A DNA stretch of 32,000 nucleotides from Dickeya dadantii NCPPB 898 (GCF_000406145.1 NZ_CM001976.1:1298629-1330628), one strand, 5' to 3'; shown: positions 17,174 to 28,181, numbered from the stretch's first letter. The notes: a model not told the origin generated them from the sequence alone. Numbers and translations: made by a program.

Positions 17174-19756
17174 TTAACCCACAACCAGGTTAAGCAGTTT
17201 GCCCGGAACGAAAATCACTTTGCGAACGGTCACGCCATCCAGATATTTGGCTACCAGCGGCTCCTGTGCCGCACGATCGCGAACTTGTTGCTCGGTGGCA
17301 TCGGCCGCCACGGTGATCTTGCCGCGAACTTTACCGTTGACCTGCACCACCACCAGACGGGAGTCTTCCACCATCGCCTGTTCGTCCGCTACCGGCCACG
17401 GCGCCAGATCGATGTCGCCTTCGCCTTGCAGCTCGCGCCACAGCACGAAACAGGCATGCGGGGTGAACGGGTAGAGCATCCGCACCACTGCCAGCAGCGT
17501 TTCCTGTGTCAGCGCGCGATCCTGTTCCGACTCCTGCGACGCTTTGGCCAGCTTGTTCATCAGCTCCATGATCGCCGCGATGGCGGTGTTGAAGGTCTGA
17601 CGACGGCCGATATCATCCGTTACTTTGGCGATGGTTTTGTGCAGGTCGCGGCGCAGCACCTTCTGGTCTTCTGTCAATGCCGCGGTATCCAGCGGCTGGG
17701 CAGCGCCTTTTCCGGTGTGGTCGTAAACCTGTTTCCACACGCGTTTCAGGAAACGGTTCGCCCCTTCCACGCCGGATTCCTGCCATTCCAGCGTCATTTC
17801 CGCCGGGGATGCGAACATCATAAACAGACGTACGGTGTCGGCACCGTAGCGTTCAACCATGACCTGCGGGTCGATACCGTTGTTTTTCGATTTCGACATT
17901 TTGCTCATGCCGGCGTAAACCAGCTCGCGACCGTCTTTATCGAACGCCTTGGTGATGCGGCCTTTGTCGTCGCGTTCCAGCGTCACGTCGCTCGGCGATA
18001 CCCAGATTCGCTCGCCGTTGTTGCCGGCATGGTAGAAGGCGTCGGCCAGCACCATCCCCTGACACAGCAGACGTTTGGCCGGCTCGTTAGAGTTCACCAA
18101 ACCGGCGTCGCGCATCAGTTTGTGGAAAAAGCGGAAGTACATCAGGTGCAGGATGGCATGTTCGATGCCGCCGACATACTGGTCTACCGGCAGCCAGTAG
18201 TTGGCGGCGGCGGGATCCAGCATACCCTGATCGTACTGTGGGCAGGTATAACGCGCGTAGTACCAGGACGACTCCATGAAGGTATCGAAGGTGTCGGTTT
18301 CACGCAGCGCCGGCTGGCCGTTGAACGTGGTTTTGGCCCACTCGGGATCGGCTTTGATCGGGCTGGTAATGCCGTCCATCACCACGTCTTCCGGCAGAAT
18401 TACCGGCAGTTGGTCTTCCGGGATGGGGACTACGGTGCCGTCTTCCAGCGTCATCATCGGAATCGGCGCGCCCCAGTAACGCTGGCGGGATACGCCCCAG
18501 TCGCGCAGGCGGTAATTGACCTTACGCTGACCGACGCCCTGCGATACCAGTTTATCGGCAATGGCATTGAACGCGGCGTCGAAATCCAGCCCATTGAACT
18601 CGCCGGAGTTGAACAGACGGCCTTTTTCCGTCTGCGCCTGCGCGGACAGATCCGGCTCGCTGCCGTCAGCCATCAGAATAACCGGTTTCACCGGCAGGTT
18701 GTATTTGTGGGCGAATTCCCAGTCGCGCTGGTCATGGCCCGGTACCGCCATCACAGCGCCGGTGCCGTATTCCATCAGCACGAAGTTGGCGGCCCACACC
18801 GGCACATTTTCGCCAGTCAGCGGGTGAATGGCGAACAAACCGGTGGCGATGCCTTTTTTCTCCATGGTCGCCATGTCGGCTTCCGCCATTTTAGTGTTGC
18901 CACATTCGGCGATAAAGTCCTGCAGCGCCGGATTATTTTCCGCCGCTTTCTGCGCCAGCGGGTGACCGGCCGCCACGGCGACGTAGGTCACGCCCATGAA
19001 GGTGTCCGGGCGGGTGGTATAAACACTCAGCTTCTCTTCACTGTCTGCCACGTCAAAGGTGATTTCCACCCCTTCGGAACGGCCGATCCAGTTGCGCTGC
19101 ATGGTTTTGACCTGCTCAGGCCAGCTTTCCAGCGTATCCAGATCGTTGAGCAGTTCGTCGGCGTAAGCGGTGATTTTGATGAACCACTGTGGGATTTCTT
19201 TGCGTTCCACCTTGGTATCGCAACGCCAGCAGCACCCGTCGATCACCTGCTCGTTGGCCAGTACGGTCTGGTCGTTCGGGCACCAGTTCACCGCTGAGGT
19301 TTTTTTATAAACCAGGCCTTTCTCGTACAGTTTGGTGAAGAACCACTGTTCCCAGCGGTAGTAATCCGGCTTGCAGGTCGCCACTTCGCGATCCCAGTCG
19401 TAGCCGAAACCCAGCAGTTTCAGCTGGTTTTTCATGTATTCAATATTGGCGTAGGTCCAGGGGGCCGGCGCGGTATTGTTTTTTACCGCCGCACCTTCCG
19501 CCGGCAGGCCAAAGGCGTCCCAGCCGATCGGCTGCAGCACGTTCTTGCCCAACATGCGCTGATAGCGGGAGATCACGTCGCCGATGGTGTAGTTGCGGAC
19601 ATGACCCATGTGTAGACGGCCAGAAGGATAAGGCAGCATGGAAAGGCAATAGTATTTTTCCTTGCCGGGTTCTTCGGTCACTTTGAAAGTTTGTTTCTCT
19701 TGCCAGTGAAGCTGGACGTGCGCTTCGATCTCTTCTGGGCGGTATTGCTCTTGCAT
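17174..19756 (-). CDS. leuS: Leucyl-tRNA synthetase LeuS (860 aa)
   Basis: The HIGH-type (HMGHVRNY) and KMSKS motifs are present. Length and colinearity match E. coli LeuS. Confidence 0.98.
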   Translation of the reverse strand: MQEQYRPEEIEAHVQLHWQEKQTFKVTEEPGKEKYYCLSMLPYPSGRLHMGHVRNYTIGDVISRYQRMLGKNVLQPIGWDAFGLPAEGAAVKNNTAPAPWTYANIEYMKNQLKLLGFGYDWDREVATCKPDYYRWEQWFFTKLYEKGLVYKKTSAVNWCPNDQTVLANEQVIDGCCWRCDTKVERKEIPQWFIKITAYADELLNDLDTLESWPEQVKTMQRNWIGRSEGVEITFDVADSEEKLSVYTTRPDTFMGVTYVAVAAGHPLAQKAAENNPALQDFIAECGNTKMAEADMATMEKKGIATGLFAIHPLTGENVPVWAANFVLMEYGTGAVMAVPGHDQRDWEFAHKYNLPVKPVILMADGSEPDLSAQAQTEKGRLFNSGEFNGLDFDAAFNAIADKLVSQGVGQRKVNYRLRDWGVSRQRYWGAPIPMMTLEDGTVVPIPEDQLPVILPEDVVMDGITSPIKADPEWAKTTFNGQPALRETDTFDTFMESSWYYARYTCPQYDQGMLDPAAANYWLPVDQYVGGIEHAILHLMYFRFFHKLMRDAGLVNSNEPAKRLLCQGMVLADAFYHAGNNGERIWVSPSDVTLERDDKGRITKAFDKDGRELVYAGMSKMSKSKNNGIDPQVMVERYGADTVRLFMMFASPAEMTLEWQESGVEGANRFLKRVWKQVYDHTGKGAAQPLDTAALTEDQKVLRRDLHKTIAKVTDDIGRRQTFNTAIAAIMELMNKLAKASQESEQDRALTQETLLAVVRMLYPFTPHACFVLWRELQGEGDIDLAPWPVADEQAMVEDSRLVVVQVNGKVRGKITVAADATEQQVRDRAAQEPLVAKYLDGVTVRKVIFVPGKLLNLVVG

Positions 19757-20014
19757 GGCTGCCAGTGGTCCTTAGTGAAAATCGCTACCTCGGTAGCATG
19801 TTCTGTTTCATTTCAAAAGATCCGCATAGCATAGCTGATAAGCGACTGGCTCAACAACCGCTTGAGGCGGTCCGGGGCTGATTTATGCGGTGCTGGTAGC
19901 GAAGACGAAGGTTAAACCCGCGGATTGGGAAGCGGCTCCCGGTTGTGTCGGAAAAATCATCTACACTAGGCTGTGTAGGCCCGTCGATAAGCGGTTTCAC
20001 GCTAAGGAGTCACG

Positions 20015-20497
20015 ATGAGCAAAGTCGTTCAGTATTACCGGGAACTGATGTCCGCCGTTACCGAGTGGCTAAGCCGCGGCGAGCGGGACATGGATAAGCT
20101 GATGTCGGATGCCCGGCGCCAGTTGCAGGAAACCAATGAACTGACGCAAAAGGAGATTGAACAGGTAATACTGGCGCTCCAGCGTGATCTGGAAGCCTTC
20201 TCCCTCAGCTATGAGGAGAGCCAGAATGCCTTTGCCGACAGCGTGTTCGTCCGCGTGATCCGCGAAAGTCTATGGCAAAACCTGGCTGACATCACCGATA
20301 AGACGCAACTGGAATGGCGCGAAGTGTTTAAGGATGTCAGCCATCACGGCGTGTATCACAGCGGCGAGGTGGTGGGGCTAGGCAATCTGGTGTGTGAACA
20401 GTGCCATCATCACATTGCGTTTTATACCCCGGAAGTCTTGCCGCTGTGCCCGAAATGCGGCCACGACCAGTTTCATCGCCAGCCGTTTTCGCCCTGA
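20015..20497 (+). CDS. ybeL: DUF1451 zinc-ribbon protein YbeL (160 aa)
   Basis: The protein is the same length as E. coli YbeL. It has a C-terminal CxxC...CxxC zinc ribbon (CEQCHH...CPKCGH). An AAGGAG Shine-Dalgarno sequence lies 5 nt before the ATG. Confidence 0.85.
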   Translation: MSKVVQYYRELMSAVTEWLSRGERDMDKLMSDARRQLQETNELTQKEIEQVILALQRDLEAFSLSYEESQNAFADSVFVRVIRESLWQNLADITDKTQLEWREVFKDVSHHGVYHSGEVVGLGNLVCEQCHHHIAFYTPEVLPLCPKCGHDQFHRQPFSP

Positions 20498-20511
20498 CCT
20501 GAAGCGTGCGG

Positions 20512-20540
20512 AAAAAAACAAGGGTGCCGAAGCACCCTTG
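20512..20540 (-). terminator. Rho-independent terminator after gltL
   Basis: CAAGGGTGC-TTCG-GCACCCTTG forms a 9-bp stem at 20519-20540, followed on the minus strand by TTTTTTT (20518-20512). Confidence 0.8.
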
Positions 20541-20562
20541 CGATAGGACGGTACGCCGCGGA

Positions 20563-21288
20563 TTAATGCAGGATTTTCGCCAGAAAGTCTTTAGCGCGGT
20601 CGGATTGCGGATTGCTGAAGAAGTCCTCTTTGCGAGTGTCTTCAATGATCTTGCCTTCATCCATGAAGATAACGCGGTGCGCCACCTTGCGGGCGAATCC
20701 CATCTCGTGGGTTACCACCATCATGGTCATGCCTTCTTGCGCCAGCTCCACCATCACGTCCAGCACTTCATTGATCATTTCCGGGTCGAGCGCCGAAGTC
20801 GGTTCGTCAAACAGCATCGCCACCGGATCCATACACAGGGCGCGGGCGATGGCCACACGCTGTTGCTGGCCGCCGGACAGCTGGCCGGGGAACTTGTTGG
20901 CATGGGCCGACAGACCGACGCGCGCCAGCAGCTTCAGCCCTTTTTCGCGGGCGGTTTCTTTATCGCGTTTGAGTACTTTGACCTGCGCCAGCGTCAGGTT
21001 GTCGACGATGGACAAGTGAGGAAACAGCTCAAAGTGCTGGAACACCATCCCGACTTTGGCGCGTAATTGCGCCAGATTGGTGCGTTTGTCACTGACAGTG
21101 ATGCCGTTAACATCGATCTGACCTTGCTGGATCGGCTCCAGGCCGTTAACGGTTTTGATTAGGGTCGATTTCCCGGAGCCGGAAGGTCCGCAAACCACCA
21201 CCACTTCACCTTTTTTCACTTCGGTGGAGCAGTCGGTCAGCACCTGAAATTGACCATACCATTTAGAAACATTTTTCAGGAAAATCAT
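20563..21288 (-). CDS. gltL: Glutamate/aspartate ABC transporter ATP-binding protein GltL (241 aa)
   Basis: Walker A (GPSGSGKST) and signature (LSGGQQQR) motifs are present. [37 protein letters not shown] is nearly identical to E. coli GltL. The ATG at 21288 shares one base with the gltK TGA. Confidence 0.93.
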   Translation of the reverse strand: MIFLKNVSKWYGQFQVLTDCSTEVKKGEVVVVCGPSGSGKSTLIKTVNGLEPIQQGQIDVNGITVSDKRTNLAQLRAKVGMVFQHFELFPHLSIVDNLTLAQVKVLKRDKETAREKGLKLLARVGLSAHANKFPGQLSGGQQQRVAIARALCMDPVAMLFDEPTSALDPEMINEVLDVMVELAQEGMTMMVVTHEMGFARKVAHRVIFMDEGKIIEDTRKEDFFSNPQSDRAKDFLAKILH

Positions 21289-21962
21289 CAAACCGTCCTT
21301 CTCTTCAAATAATTGACCAGCATCGACGCCGAGAGGCTGATAACAAAATACACAAACCCGGCGAACAGGATCATTTCCACCTGGGTGCCGTCACGTTCGC
21401 CGATGGTGGATGCGGTACGGAAGAAGTCCGCCAGACTGAGCACATACACCAGCGAGGTATCCTGAAACAGCACGATACCCTGAGTCAGCAGTAGGGGAAT
21501 CATGGCCCGGAACGCCTGAGGCAGAATCACCAGCCGCATGGATTGCCAGTGGGTCATCCCCAGCGCCAGCGCGGCGGAGGCCTGCCCGCGGGAAATACTT
21601 TGGATACCGGCGCGAATAATCTCGGAATAATAGGCCGCCTCAAACAGCGAAAAGGCTACCATAGCTGATACCAGCCGAATATCGGTTTTCGGAGAAAGGC
21701 CAAGCACATTTTGTAATAAGCTCGGCACGATCAGATAGAACCACAGCAGCACCATCACCAGCGGCACCGAGCGGAACAGGTTGACGTACAGCTTCGCAAA
21801 CCAACTGATGGGTTTGATGGGCGACAAGCGCATCACCGCCAGCACGGTACCCCAGACAATTCCCACCACCACCGCGGTCAGGGTGATTTCCAGCGTGACG
21901 CCCATCCCCTTGATGAGATAAGGCAGGCTGGGTGGAATGGAACTCCAGTCAAAGTTGTACAT
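21288..21962 (-). CDS. gltK: Glutamate/aspartate ABC transporter permease GltK (224 aa)
   Basis: A polar-amino-acid ABC permease with the EAA-type loop ([20 protein letters not shown]). Its position between gltJ and gltL matches E. coli. Confidence 0.9.
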   Translation of the reverse strand: MYNFDWSSIPPSLPYLIKGMGVTLEITLTAVVVGIVWGTVLAVMRLSPIKPISWFAKLYVNLFRSVPLVMVLLWFYLIVPSLLQNVLGLSPKTDIRLVSAMVAFSLFEAAYYSEIIRAGIQSISRGQASAALALGMTHWQSMRLVILPQAFRAMIPLLLTQGIVLFQDTSLVYVLSLADFFRTASTIGERDGTQVEMILFAGFVYFVISLSASMLVNYLKRRTV

Positions 21963-22703
21963 TTATTTGCTCCCCAGATTGCCCGGCAGACGGGTCTTAT
22001 GCTCCACAATCTGCATGATCAGCATGATGATGGCGTTGATGCCGATATAAGCCAGCGTGATCGCGCTGAAAGATTCATAGGCGTGAGCAGAATAATCCAA
22101 CAGCTTGCCGGCCTGCGCCGCCATATCCACCAGACCGATAGTGGAAGCGATGGCGGAGTTTTTCACCAGATTGAGCATTTCCGAGGTCAGCGGCGGCACC
22201 ACCACCCGGTAGGCGTTGGGCAGCAATACATAGCGGTAGGTCTGGGGAAGAGTCAGGCCGATGGCCAGACCGGCGGCCTTCTGTCCACGCGGCAGCGACT
22301 GAATGCCCGCCCGCACCTGTTCGCATACGCGCGCGGCGGTGAACATCCCCAGACAAAACATGGAAGATAAGAAGAACTGGATATTGGGGTCCAGCTCGGC
22401 TTTAAACCACATGCCGATTTTAGTTGGCAGTAACTCTGGCACCACCAGATACCAACTGAAGAACTGAACAATCAGCGGCACGTTGCGAAACAGTTCCACA
22501 TAGCAGGTGCCGATACCGGCTAACAGGCGGTTAGGGACGGTACGCAGAATACCCAGCAGTGAGCCCAGCAGGAAGGCGATGACCCAGGCGCACAAGGAAA
22601 GTGTTACGGTGACCTGCAGGCCGGAAATAATCCACCCTAAATAGGTCGTATTTCCGAACGGAGCGGATTGCAGGAAAATGCCCCAGTTCCAATCTATTGA
22701 CAT
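21963..22703 (-). CDS. gltJ: Glutamate/aspartate ABC transporter permease GltJ (246 aa)
   Basis: A permease fold with the loop ARVCEQVRAGIQSLPRGQ. The ATG at 22703 is preceded by GGAG. The stop abuts the gltK ATG (TAAATG). Confidence 0.9.
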   Translation of the reverse strand: MSIDWNWGIFLQSAPFGNTTYLGWIISGLQVTVTLSLCAWVIAFLLGSLLGILRTVPNRLLAGIGTCYVELFRNVPLIVQFFSWYLVVPELLPTKIGMWFKAELDPNIQFFLSSMFCLGMFTAARVCEQVRAGIQSLPRGQKAAGLAIGLTLPQTYRYVLLPNAYRVVVPPLTSEMLNLVKNSAIASTIGLVDMAAQAGKLLDYSAHAYESFSAITLAYIGINAIIMLIMQIVEHKTRLPGNLGSK

Positions 22704-22716
22704 AACGAACTCCGGT

Positions 22717-22742
22717 AAAAAAGGGGTAGCGTTCGCTACCCC
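22717..22742 (-). terminator. Intra-operon rho-independent terminator/attenuator between gltI and gltJ
   Basis: GGGGTAGC-GAAC-GCTACCCC forms an 8-bp stem at 22723-22742, followed on the minus strand by TTTTTT (22722-22717). It sits 14 nt upstream of the gltJ ATG. Confidence 0.8.
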
Positions 22743-22866
22743 GAAGATTGATGAGTGGCTTGTGGATTCGCAGGATGGGGAACGACCGCCCTGCGCCTGT
22801 CTGTCTTGCCACGAATCAGCAATCGGAAGGCAGAATTACTGCCCTTTATTGTCATTATTAATTCGG
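22717..22866 (-). ncRNA. sroC: SroC-like sRNA region (gltI 3' / gltI-gltJ spacer transcript ending at the attenuator)
   Basis: In E. coli and Salmonella the GcvB-sponge sRNA SroC derives from exactly this spacer and ends at the terminator before gltJ. Here a ~150-nt spacer with a C/A-rich stretch (AAUCCACAAGCCACUCAUCAAUC) ends in a strong terminator. The 5' end cannot be placed from sequence alone. Confidence 0.45.
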
Positions 22867-23790
22867 TTACAGCGCCTTATCATTCGGTGCCTTGAACAGT
22901 GCCTTCATGTCGTCGGACAGGACATAGTTCAGGTTAAGATCTTTGGGCGGGATTGGTTGGGTAAACCAGCGCTCGTACCATTTGACGGCTTCGCCGGAGG
23001 TTTGTACCTGAGCGATGGTGTCGTCCACCAGTTTCTTGAATTCAGGGTCGTTCTTACGCAGCATACAGCCGTAGGCTTCGTGAGATTGCGGCGTACCGAC
23101 GATAACCCACTCATCCGGATTTTTGGCTTTGGCGCGTTCGCCCGCCAGCAGGGCATCGTCCATCATGAAGGCTACCGCGCGGCCGCTCTCCAGAGTACGG
23201 AAGGAGTCGCCGTGATCCTTGGCGCTGATGATGCGCAGGTTCATTTTCTTCTCTTCATTCATCTTATTCAGCAACACTTCGGACGTGGTGCCGGAGGTAA
23301 CGACCACCGCTTTGCCGTTCAGATCGGTGAAGTCCTTGATACCGGAATCTTTTTTGGTCAGCAGACGCGTGCCGATCACAAAGATGGTATTGGAGAAAGC
23401 CGCCTGCTGCTGGCGTTCCAGGTTGTTGGTGGTGGAGCCGCACTCCAGGTCGAACGTACCGTTTTGCAGTAGCGGGATACGGTTCTGAGAGGTGATCGGG
23501 AGCAATTTCACCTGCAGATTGGGCGCGCCGACCGCTTTTTTGACGGCCTCAACAATCTTGTCGGAGTAAGCCTGTGAATAGCCTACGACTTTTTGCTGAT
23601 TGTCGTAGTAGGAAAACGGCACGGAAGATTCGCGATGGCCAATGACGATAACCCCACTGTCTTTGACTTTTTTCAGCGTGGGGACCGATTTGTCTTCTTT
23701 TGGGGCCGAGGCTGCCTGTTCTTCTGCATAAGCCATAGTGGCTGTTGTGCTGATCAGCATTACTGACAGTGCCAGTTTACGCAATTGCAT
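22867..23790 (-). CDS. gltI: Glutamate/aspartate periplasmic binding protein GltI (307 aa)
   Basis: A signal peptide ends at ..TMAYA|EE. The protein has a type-II solute-binding fold colinear with E. coli GltI. An AAGGAG Shine-Dalgarno sequence lies 7 nt before the ATG. Confidence 0.93.
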   Translation of the reverse strand: MQLRKLALSVMLISTTATMAYAEEQAASAPKEDKSVPTLKKVKDSGVIVIGHRESSVPFSYYDNQQKVVGYSQAYSDKIVEAVKKAVGAPNLQVKLLPITSQNRIPLLQNGTFDLECGSTTNNLERQQQAAFSNTIFVIGTRLLTKKDSGIKDFTDLNGKAVVVTSGTTSEVLLNKMNEEKKMNLRIISAKDHGDSFRTLESGRAVAFMMDDALLAGERAKAKNPDEWVIVGTPQSHEAYGCMLRKNDPEFKKLVDDTIAQVQTSGEAVKWYERWFTQPIPPKDLNLNYVLSDDMKALFKAPNDKAL

Positions 23791-24073
23791 GCTCTAACTC
23801 CTTTGCTGTTGTGGTGGTGCAAATTCTGTTGGGTATATGCCGGCCACATGTTGTGCACCGCTAAAGAGCGAATAAAACGCTGTCATGTTTAAAAATAGCG
23901 GATTGTAAACATATTGAAACGAGAATGTTTGTTTTTTGCGAGGCGCTACGCACCAAACTGCTGCAATAAAAACTTATGGCACTAATTTGGTGCAGTTGAT
24001 GCCCTGATATTGTGCTATCGCAGGGCGAGGATGGCCGCAAACGTGCAACGCATGACGTTTCATATCAATGAGT

Positions 24074-24089
24074 AGCAAGTAATGTGCCA
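24074..24089 (-). promoter_or_regulatory. Candidate sigma54 (-24/-12) promoter facing gltI
   Basis: The minus strand reads TGGCAC-ATTAC-TTGCT, a full match to the TGGCAC-N5-TTGC(A/T) core. It begins within the U-tract of the lnt terminator, about 285 nt upstream of the gltI ATG. Confidence 0.45.
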
Positions 24090-24124
24090 AAAATGAAACA
24101 AGACATGTCCGGACATGTCTTGTT
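24089..24124 (-). terminator. Rho-independent terminator after lnt
   Basis: A 28-bp perfect palindrome, AACAAGACATGTCC/GGACATGTCTTGTT, lies at 24097-24124. On the minus strand it is followed by TCATTTTT. Confidence 0.8.
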
Positions 24125-24141
24125 ATGCGGGGAAGGCGAAA

Positions 24142-25671
24142 TTAACGCGAACGGAAGCGATAAGCCAGTGCGGCGAGGCCCAGTAACGCTTCCAGCAGCC
24201 ACAGCGGCCAGGAACCAAAACGGGCGTAAGGCGTCAGGCCGGTTGCTGGTGTTACACGCGTTTCCAGCACGTTGCGGGTGAATTGCGGGAGGCTGGCGCT
24301 GATGCTGCCGTCAGGCGCGATAACGGCCGTTACGCCATTGTTGGTAGAGCGCAACAGCGGGCGGCCCAGCTCCAGCGCCCGCATCCGCGCCATCTGGAAA
24401 TGCTGCCAGGGACCGATGGAGTTGCCGAACCAGGCATCGTTGGAAATGGTCAGCAGCATGTCGGTGTCGGCACGGAAATTATCGCGTACCTGTTGCCCCA
24501 GAATGACCTCATAACAGATGGTGGCGGTGAGGCGGTAACCGTTGACGATCAGTTGCGGCTGGCGATAGTCGCCGCGGCTAAACGCGGACATCGGCAGATC
24601 GAAGAACGGCGCCAGCGGGCGCAGCAGCGTCTCCAGTGGTACAAATTCGCCAAACGGCACCAGATGATGCTTGCTGTAGCGGTTGGCGGTAGGGTAGCGA
24701 TACGGTTGCTGATCGCCCAGAACGATGATGCTGTTATAGAAATCGGTGCGGTTGTTTTCCCGGCGCGCGTCGACGATGCCGGTGATCAGGCTACTGTGGT
24801 GCTCACGCAGGATGGCGTCCAGTTGCGTCAGGTAATCCTGCTGACGGGTTTCGACATCCGGAATGGCGGATTCCGGCCAAATTACCAGCGGCGCTTTGTC
24901 CATCACGGGCAAGGTGTTGTCGAAATAGACCTTCAGCGTGTTGAGCAATTCGTTCGGGTCCCACTTCAACGCCTGCGGAATGTTGCCTTGTACTATCGCC
25001 ACGTTGACCGCGCGCTCCGGCTGCAATTTGTACCAGTCGAGCGAGCGCAGCGGCCACGGCAATACCAATAGCGCAGCGGCGATCAGCACGGGCTGCCAGC
25101 GTCGCCGCGTCAGCCCCAGCATCAGCAGCCCGCTGATAATCATCAACAGGAAGGTGAGGGTGTCGACCCCCGCGATCGGCGCAATGCCTTTCAACGGGCC
25201 ATCAAGCTGGCTGTAGCCGAACTGCAACCAGGGAAAGCCGGTCAGCACCCAACCGCGCAGCAGCTCGGTGACTTGCCACAGCGCCGGTGCTGCCAGCGCC
25301 ACGCGCCATACGGTCGTCTGCGGCCACAGGCGTGCCAGCAGCCCGGCGAACAGCATCGGATAGAGCGACAAATAAAGTGCCAGCAGCACCACCAGCCCGA
25401 CATTCACCGGGCCAGGCATACCGCCGAAATCGGCGATGCTGTAGTAAACCCAGTGGATGCCGGTGCCGAACAGACCGAACCCCCAACTGAAACCGATCGC
25501 CGCCGCCTGACGAGTCCGGCGGTTCAGCGTCAGGCCTTGCAGCCCCATCAATGAGAGAATGGCGGCAGGCCAGAAATCATAAGGAGAGAACGCCAGTGTG
25601 CCGCAGGCACCGAATAAAAGCGCCAGCAGGAGGCGAACCTGCTGGCGTTGCAATAACGAAGCGACAGCCAT
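24142..25671 (-). CDS. lnt: Apolipoprotein N-acyltransferase Lnt (509 aa)
   Basis: From [32 protein letters not shown] the protein is colinear with E. coli Lnt. Nitrilase-type contexts WPE, HLVPFGE and ICYE are present. The ORF-track extension to 25797 overlaps corC and is rejected. Confidence 0.93.
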   Translation of the reverse strand: MAVASLLQRQQVRLLLALLFGACGTLAFSPYDFWPAAILSLMGLQGLTLNRRTRQAAAIGFSWGFGLFGTGIHWVYYSIADFGGMPGPVNVGLVVLLALYLSLYPMLFAGLLARLWPQTTVWRVALAAPALWQVTELLRGWVLTGFPWLQFGYSQLDGPLKGIAPIAGVDTLTFLLMIISGLLMLGLTRRRWQPVLIAAALLVLPWPLRSLDWYKLQPERAVNVAIVQGNIPQALKWDPNELLNTLKVYFDNTLPVMDKAPLVIWPESAIPDVETRQQDYLTQLDAILREHHSSLITGIVDARRENNRTDFYNSIIVLGDQQPYRYPTANRYSKHHLVPFGEFVPLETLLRPLAPFFDLPMSAFSRGDYRQPQLIVNGYRLTATICYEVILGQQVRDNFRADTDMLLTISNDAWFGNSIGPWQHFQMARMRALELGRPLLRSTNNGVTAVIAPDGSISASLPQFTRNVLETRVTPATGLTPYARFGSWPLWLLEALLGLAALAYRFRSR

Positions 25672-25678
25672 GAATGAA

Positions 25679-26548
25679 TTAGTCTTCCAGTTGCGGTTGC
25701 GGAACGTCGTCAGGAATTCTGACATGGACCTGAATAATACGGCGGCTGTCTGCCATGGCAACTTTGAACAGGTAACCGTTGATGTCGATGGTTTCACCGC
25801 GTGCCGGCAGGTGACCGAAAGATTGCATCACCAGACCGCCGATGGTGTCCACTTCCTCGTCGCTGAATCGGGTGGAGAAGGTCTCGTTGAAGTCCTCGAT
25901 AGGCGTAAGGGCGCGCACCGTATAAGTCTGGCGGTTTAGCTGGCGGATGTCGCGGTCTTCCTCGTCATCGTATTCATCTTCGATTTCGCCGACGATCAGC
26001 TCCAGAATGTCTTCAATCGTCACCAGCCCGGAGACGCCGCCGAATTCGTCGATGACGATGGCCATGTGGTAACGCAGGGAGCGGAATTCGTTGAGCATGC
26101 GGTCCACCCGCTTGCTTTCCGGCACCACCACGGCAGGCCGCAGCACTTTATCCATGCTGAACGGTTCGGAGTTGCTGCGCATGAACGGCAGCAGATCCTT
26201 GGCCATCAGGATGCCTTCGATGTGGTCCTTGTCTTCGCTGATGACCGGGAAACGGGAATGGGCCGATTCGATGATCACGTCCAGGCACTCTTCCAGCGTC
26301 TGGTTATGCTTGAGCGTAATCATCTGCGAACGCGGGATCATGATGTCGCGCACCCGCTGTTCGGCGATATCCATCACCCCTTCCAGCATGTCGCGGATTT
26401 CCGGATCAATTTGTTCCGAATCACGGATTAATGCCAGCAGATCGTCGTGATCTTTGGATTCGCCGTGAAAAATCTGATTGAGAAAAAGAGAAAAAAATCC
26501 CTTTTTGGGACTGGGGGTATCGCTGTTGGGAGAATGGTCGTCGCTCAT
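25679..26548 (-). CDS. corC: Mg/Co efflux-associated CBS-domain protein CorC (YbeX, 289 aa)
   Basis: [21 protein letters not shown]...[14 protein letters not shown]...[24 protein letters not shown] is colinear with E. coli CorC. The ATG at 26548 is preferred over the GTG at 26566. Confidence 0.93.
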   Translation of the reverse strand: MSDDHSPNSDTPSPKKGFFSLFLNQIFHGESKDHDDLLALIRDSEQIDPEIRDMLEGVMDIAEQRVRDIMIPRSQMITLKHNQTLEECLDVIIESAHSRFPVISEDKDHIEGILMAKDLLPFMRSNSEPFSMDKVLRPAVVVPESKRVDRMLNEFRSLRYHMAIVIDEFGGVSGLVTIEDILELIVGEIEDEYDDEEDRDIRQLNRQTYTVRALTPIEDFNETFSTRFSDEEVDTIGGLVMQSFGHLPARGETIDINGYLFKVAMADSRRIIQVHVRIPDDVPQPQLED

Positions 26549-26646
26549 GGCGTCAGTTAATATCACTCTTGTTAAGAAATGATGACCAGCGGTGAATGTC
26601 GTCGGTGGCGTATCGCCGCTGGCGTCTGGTCCTTACAATATCGAAT

Positions 26647-27132
26647 TTAAGGCTTGTCGGTAAAATCTTCTTTCTCTGCCAGATACGGGTCGGCATAACC
26701 CATACTTTGCATGATTTCCGTTTCCAGTGCTTCCATTTCTTCGGCTTCACTGTCTTCGATATGATCATAACCTAACAGATGCAGGCTGCCATGGACAACC
26801 ATGTGCGCCCAATGTTCCTCCGCGCTTTTCCCCTGTTCGACCGCTTCCTGCTCGACCACCTGCCGGCAGATGATGAGGTCACCCAGTAGCGGCAGTTCCA
26901 CTTCCGGCGGCGCCTCGAACGGGAACGACAGCACGTTGGTCGGTTTGTCTTTGCCGCGATAGGTCAGGTTCAGGTGGTGGCTTTCCTCTTCATCCACCAC
27001 CCGGATGGTGACTTCCGCCACCTCCTGAAACTGCGGCAACACCGCTTCCAGCCAGCGCTGAAAGTCGGTTTCCGACGGCAGCCCGCTGTTATTTTCGCTG
27101 GCGATTTGCAAATCAAGAATAACCTGACTCAT
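26647..27132 (-). CDS. ybeY: Endoribonuclease YbeY (16S rRNA maturation, 161 aa)
   Basis: The zinc motif [11 protein letters not shown] is present. [11 protein letters not shown]... matches E. coli YbeY. The ATG overlaps the ybeZ TGA as ATGA. Confidence 0.95.
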   Translation of the reverse strand: MSQVILDLQIASENNSGLPSETDFQRWLEAVLPQFQEVAEVTIRVVDEEESHHLNLTYRGKDKPTNVLSFPFEAPPEVELPLLGDLIICRQVVEQEAVEQGKSAEEHWAHMVVHGSLHLLGYDHIEDSEAEEMEALETEIMQSMGYADPYLAEKEDFTDKP

Positions 27133-28181
27133 TTCTGCTCCTGCGCGGCGGCCTGCGCTTCGCGTTTACGTTGCTCCGCCAGTTCGTCCCGGCGTTTCTG
27201 ATCGGCGCTTTCCCACGCTTCATAGGCGTTGACGATGCGGGCGACCACCGGGTGGCGCACCACGTCTTCGCTGTGGAAGAAGTTGAAACTGATTTCTTCG
27301 ACCTCCGACAGCACCTCAATGGCATGACGCAAACCGGATTTTTGATTGCGCGGCAGGTCGATCTGGGTGACGTCGCCGGTGATGACCGCTTTCGAGTTAA
27401 ACCCGATACGGGTCAGGAACATCTTCATCTGTTCGATAGTGGTGTTCTGGCTTTCGTCCAGAATGATGAAGGCGTCGTTAAGCGTGCGGCCGCGCATGTA
27501 GGCCAGCGGCGCGACTTCAATCACGTTACGCTCGATCAGCTTTTCCACCCGCTCGAAGCCCAGCATTTCAAACAGCGCGTCGTAGAGCGGGCGCAGGTAC
27601 GGGTCCACCTTCTGGCTCAGATCGCCCGGCAGGAAGCCCAGTTTTTCGCCGGCCTCCACCGCCGGACGGGTCAGCAGAATGCGGCGGATCTCCTGACGCT
27701 CCAGCGCATCCACCGCGGCTGCCACCGCCAGGTAAGTTTTCCCGGTGCCGGCTGGGCCGATACCGAAGGTGATGTCGTGATCGAGGATATGAGCGATGTA
27801 CTGCGCCTGATTGGGCGTACGCGGTTTGATCACGCCGCGTTTGGTGCGGATATTCACCGCTTTGCCGTATTCCGGCACGCTATCGGCGGTCTGCTCCAGT
27901 ACCCGGGATTCCTTGATGGCCAGATGAATCTGTTCCGGCTCGATATCCGGAATAACGCCGCGCACCGGAGCGGTATCCACATAAAGATGACGCAAGATGT
28001 CGGCTGCGGCGTCGATGCAGAGGTCTTTACCCACCAGCTTGAAGTTATTGTCGCGATGATTGATCTCTATGCCGAGGCGGCGTTCCAGCTGTTTGATGTT
28101 GTCGTCAAACGGGCCGCACAGACTGAGCAGGCGTTTGTTGTCCGCAGGTTCGAGGGCAATTTCTTTTATCGTTACGTTCAA
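27129..28181 (-). CDS. ybeZ: PhoH-like ATPase YbeZ (350 aa) with a TTG start
   Basis: Walker A GPAGTGKT is present, and the protein is colinear with E. coli YbeZ from (M)[32 protein letters not shown]. The aligned first codon is TTG (28181-28179), 5 nt after AAGAGGA. The ORF-track start at 28214 is another TTG without a Shine-Dalgarno sequence. Confidence 0.9.
   Translation of the reverse strand: MNVTIKEIALEPADNKRLLSLCGPFDDNIKQLERRLGIEINHRDNNFKLVGKDLCIDAAADILRHLYVDTAPVRGVIPDIEPEQIHLAIKESRVLEQTADSVPEYGKAVNIRTKRGVIKPRTPNQAQYIAHILDHDITFGIGPAGTGKTYLAVAAAVDALERQEIRRILLTRPAVEAGEKLGFLPGDLSQKVDPYLRPLYDALFEMLGFERVEKLIERNVIEVAPLAYMRGRTLNDAFIILDESQNTTIEQMKMFLTRIGFNSKAVITGDVTQIDLPRNQKSGLRHAIEVLSEVEEISFNFFHSEDVVRHPVVARIVNAYEAWESADQKRRDELAEQRKREAQAAAQEQK

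Noticed and set aside
17285-19297. A 670-aa ORF on the plus strand, the longest unassigned ORF in the window.
   Set aside because: It is exactly antisense to leuS. Its sequence is low-complexity and rich in R, G, H, V and Q, with no recognisable motifs. Long stop-free antisense frames are expected opposite GC-rich, codon-biased genes.
24097-24124. A 28-bp perfect palindrome, considered as a protein operator.
   Set aside because: Its position 18 nt after the lnt stop and the following U-run make an intrinsic terminator the simplest reading.
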